64,000 nt of DNA, taken from the NCBI GenBank assembly GCA_001949185.1, contig BDGG01000001.1:1045153-1109152 (forward strand). The letters run 5' to 3'. Positions within the stretch are counted from its first letter, which is position 1. Each line of letters starts with the position of its first letter. Shown piece after piece: positions 62,907 to 64,000 of this stretch. This DNA comes from Ramazzottius varieornatus. Taxonomy: Eukaryota > Animalia > Tardigrada. The notes beneath the pieces are model-generated. The model did no database searches. It worked only from the letters and a program-made list of their open reading frames with translations, and had not been told where the DNA came from. A program made the position numbers and the translations under genes.

Positions 62907-64000
62907 TTACACCGAATCTGCTAACAAAGACAGCGCGTCCTCCATTACTGAGTCATCCATCTCCAGGGAATAGCTGGAATCAAGACCAGATTCGTAGTCA
63001 GGCCCTGAGTGATTCAGAAAGGACTGCGGCGCTGAAGGAAGACTTTTGAGGTAATGGTCCAGAACAACGGCCACTAAAAAGAAAAATTCATACCATGTCA
63101 TAATAGTCACTTCAGAATGATTGAGTATAGGCAGCTCGATTAGTTCCGTACCGTCTCCTGGAGGAGAACAGCCAAGGTGGCGAACGCTTTTCCCCGACAG
63201 TTCACGCATCAAATAATCAAAGTTTCGCGTGCCGCTGGAAAAGAATATGAGTTGCTCGAATATGTTAATCCCTTTATCTTAGTTGTGTAACTTGGGGAAC
63301 TGCTAGACGAGTAAAGTAAACCGACGTTTGCGTTTGTAGATCGAAAACATCAGCATTCGGACTTGCAGGATCCTTCTGTGCAGTAAAGAACGATCCGGAA
63401 TAGCTGGTAGAGGGAGTCGCAGTGGGCGAAAGTGCGGTGAAGTACCGACCATCCGCGGATCTAACTCGAACCTCTCTGAAGAAAGAGAGGACACGCTACT
63501 CGATGCTTTGCCCAATACGAAGGGAATAACCAGCTTACTCTAAAGGACTTCCGGTCGGTGAAGTTTGTTTGAAGACGTCAATCAAGGACAATGGTGAGTC
63601 CAACGCCAGTATCTGTAGACTTCCGCCGGCAGCGATGTCCGGTATCGAAATCTCTTGAGCGCCACCGGAAATGGTAGCCCAGTCTGCAAGAACGTCCATC
63701 GTGGCTGGTTCTGCTTGGCTTGTCACTACAAGGGAAAAAATAAGGAGCGGGAACACCACAGATGAGCGCGCGGCAAACAGACTCAACAGAATCGTCTTCC
63801 CAAGCGGCGCACGTTTTGCGTCACTGCCCAAAAGGTGCGCCACTTGGGGAAAACCATGGTGCCGGGTTTTGTCATCCGAGCTCGCAAATTCAATGACTTT
63901 CGGAGTTCGTGCATTTCCACCCCGGATGGTATACGCAATCAGACGCCGGAGTCCGAGTGATAATTCCCGTAAACAGTCATACAGCAGTGTGCCGAGGCTG
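62907..64000 (-). CDS. 3' part of an unidentified multi-exon gene running off the window
   Basis: Splice-bounded open segments near 63535-63730 and 62907-63235 ending ...EDALSLLADSV*. No recognisable domain. Confidence 0.4.

Overview
Eukaryotic (invertebrate animal) genomic DNA with short spliceosomal introns (mostly 70-450 nt), many small DNA-transposon derivatives and two 50-N gaps. A compact genome such as a tardigrade's is plausible, but this is unverified. Host genes reconstructed by eye: a 4-exon Wnt11; an ULK/Atg1-like kinase whose kinase domain is split by a 9.7-kb intron and carries a 1-nt frameshift; a Ly6/three-finger gene plus a decayed tandem paralog; an intronless orphan 7TM receptor; a ~1126-aa SAM-like + stonustoxin-like helical/THX + FN3 + septin/AIG1-type GTPase protein apparently lacking a MACPF domain; an ankyrin-repeat gene; a MYST acetyltransferase; and a small convergent gene ending in a PIP-box-like motif that it shares with the MYST protein. 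The most striking object sits inside the kinase intron: a ~3.1-kb segment bounded by ~170-bp inverted repeats. It carries an intact, intronless, divergent TATA-binding-protein gene head-to-head (shared CATG) with a truncated Polinton/Maverick-type packaging ATPase, a candidate virus/Polinton-borne TBP. All family assignments come from motif recognition; no database searches were run.
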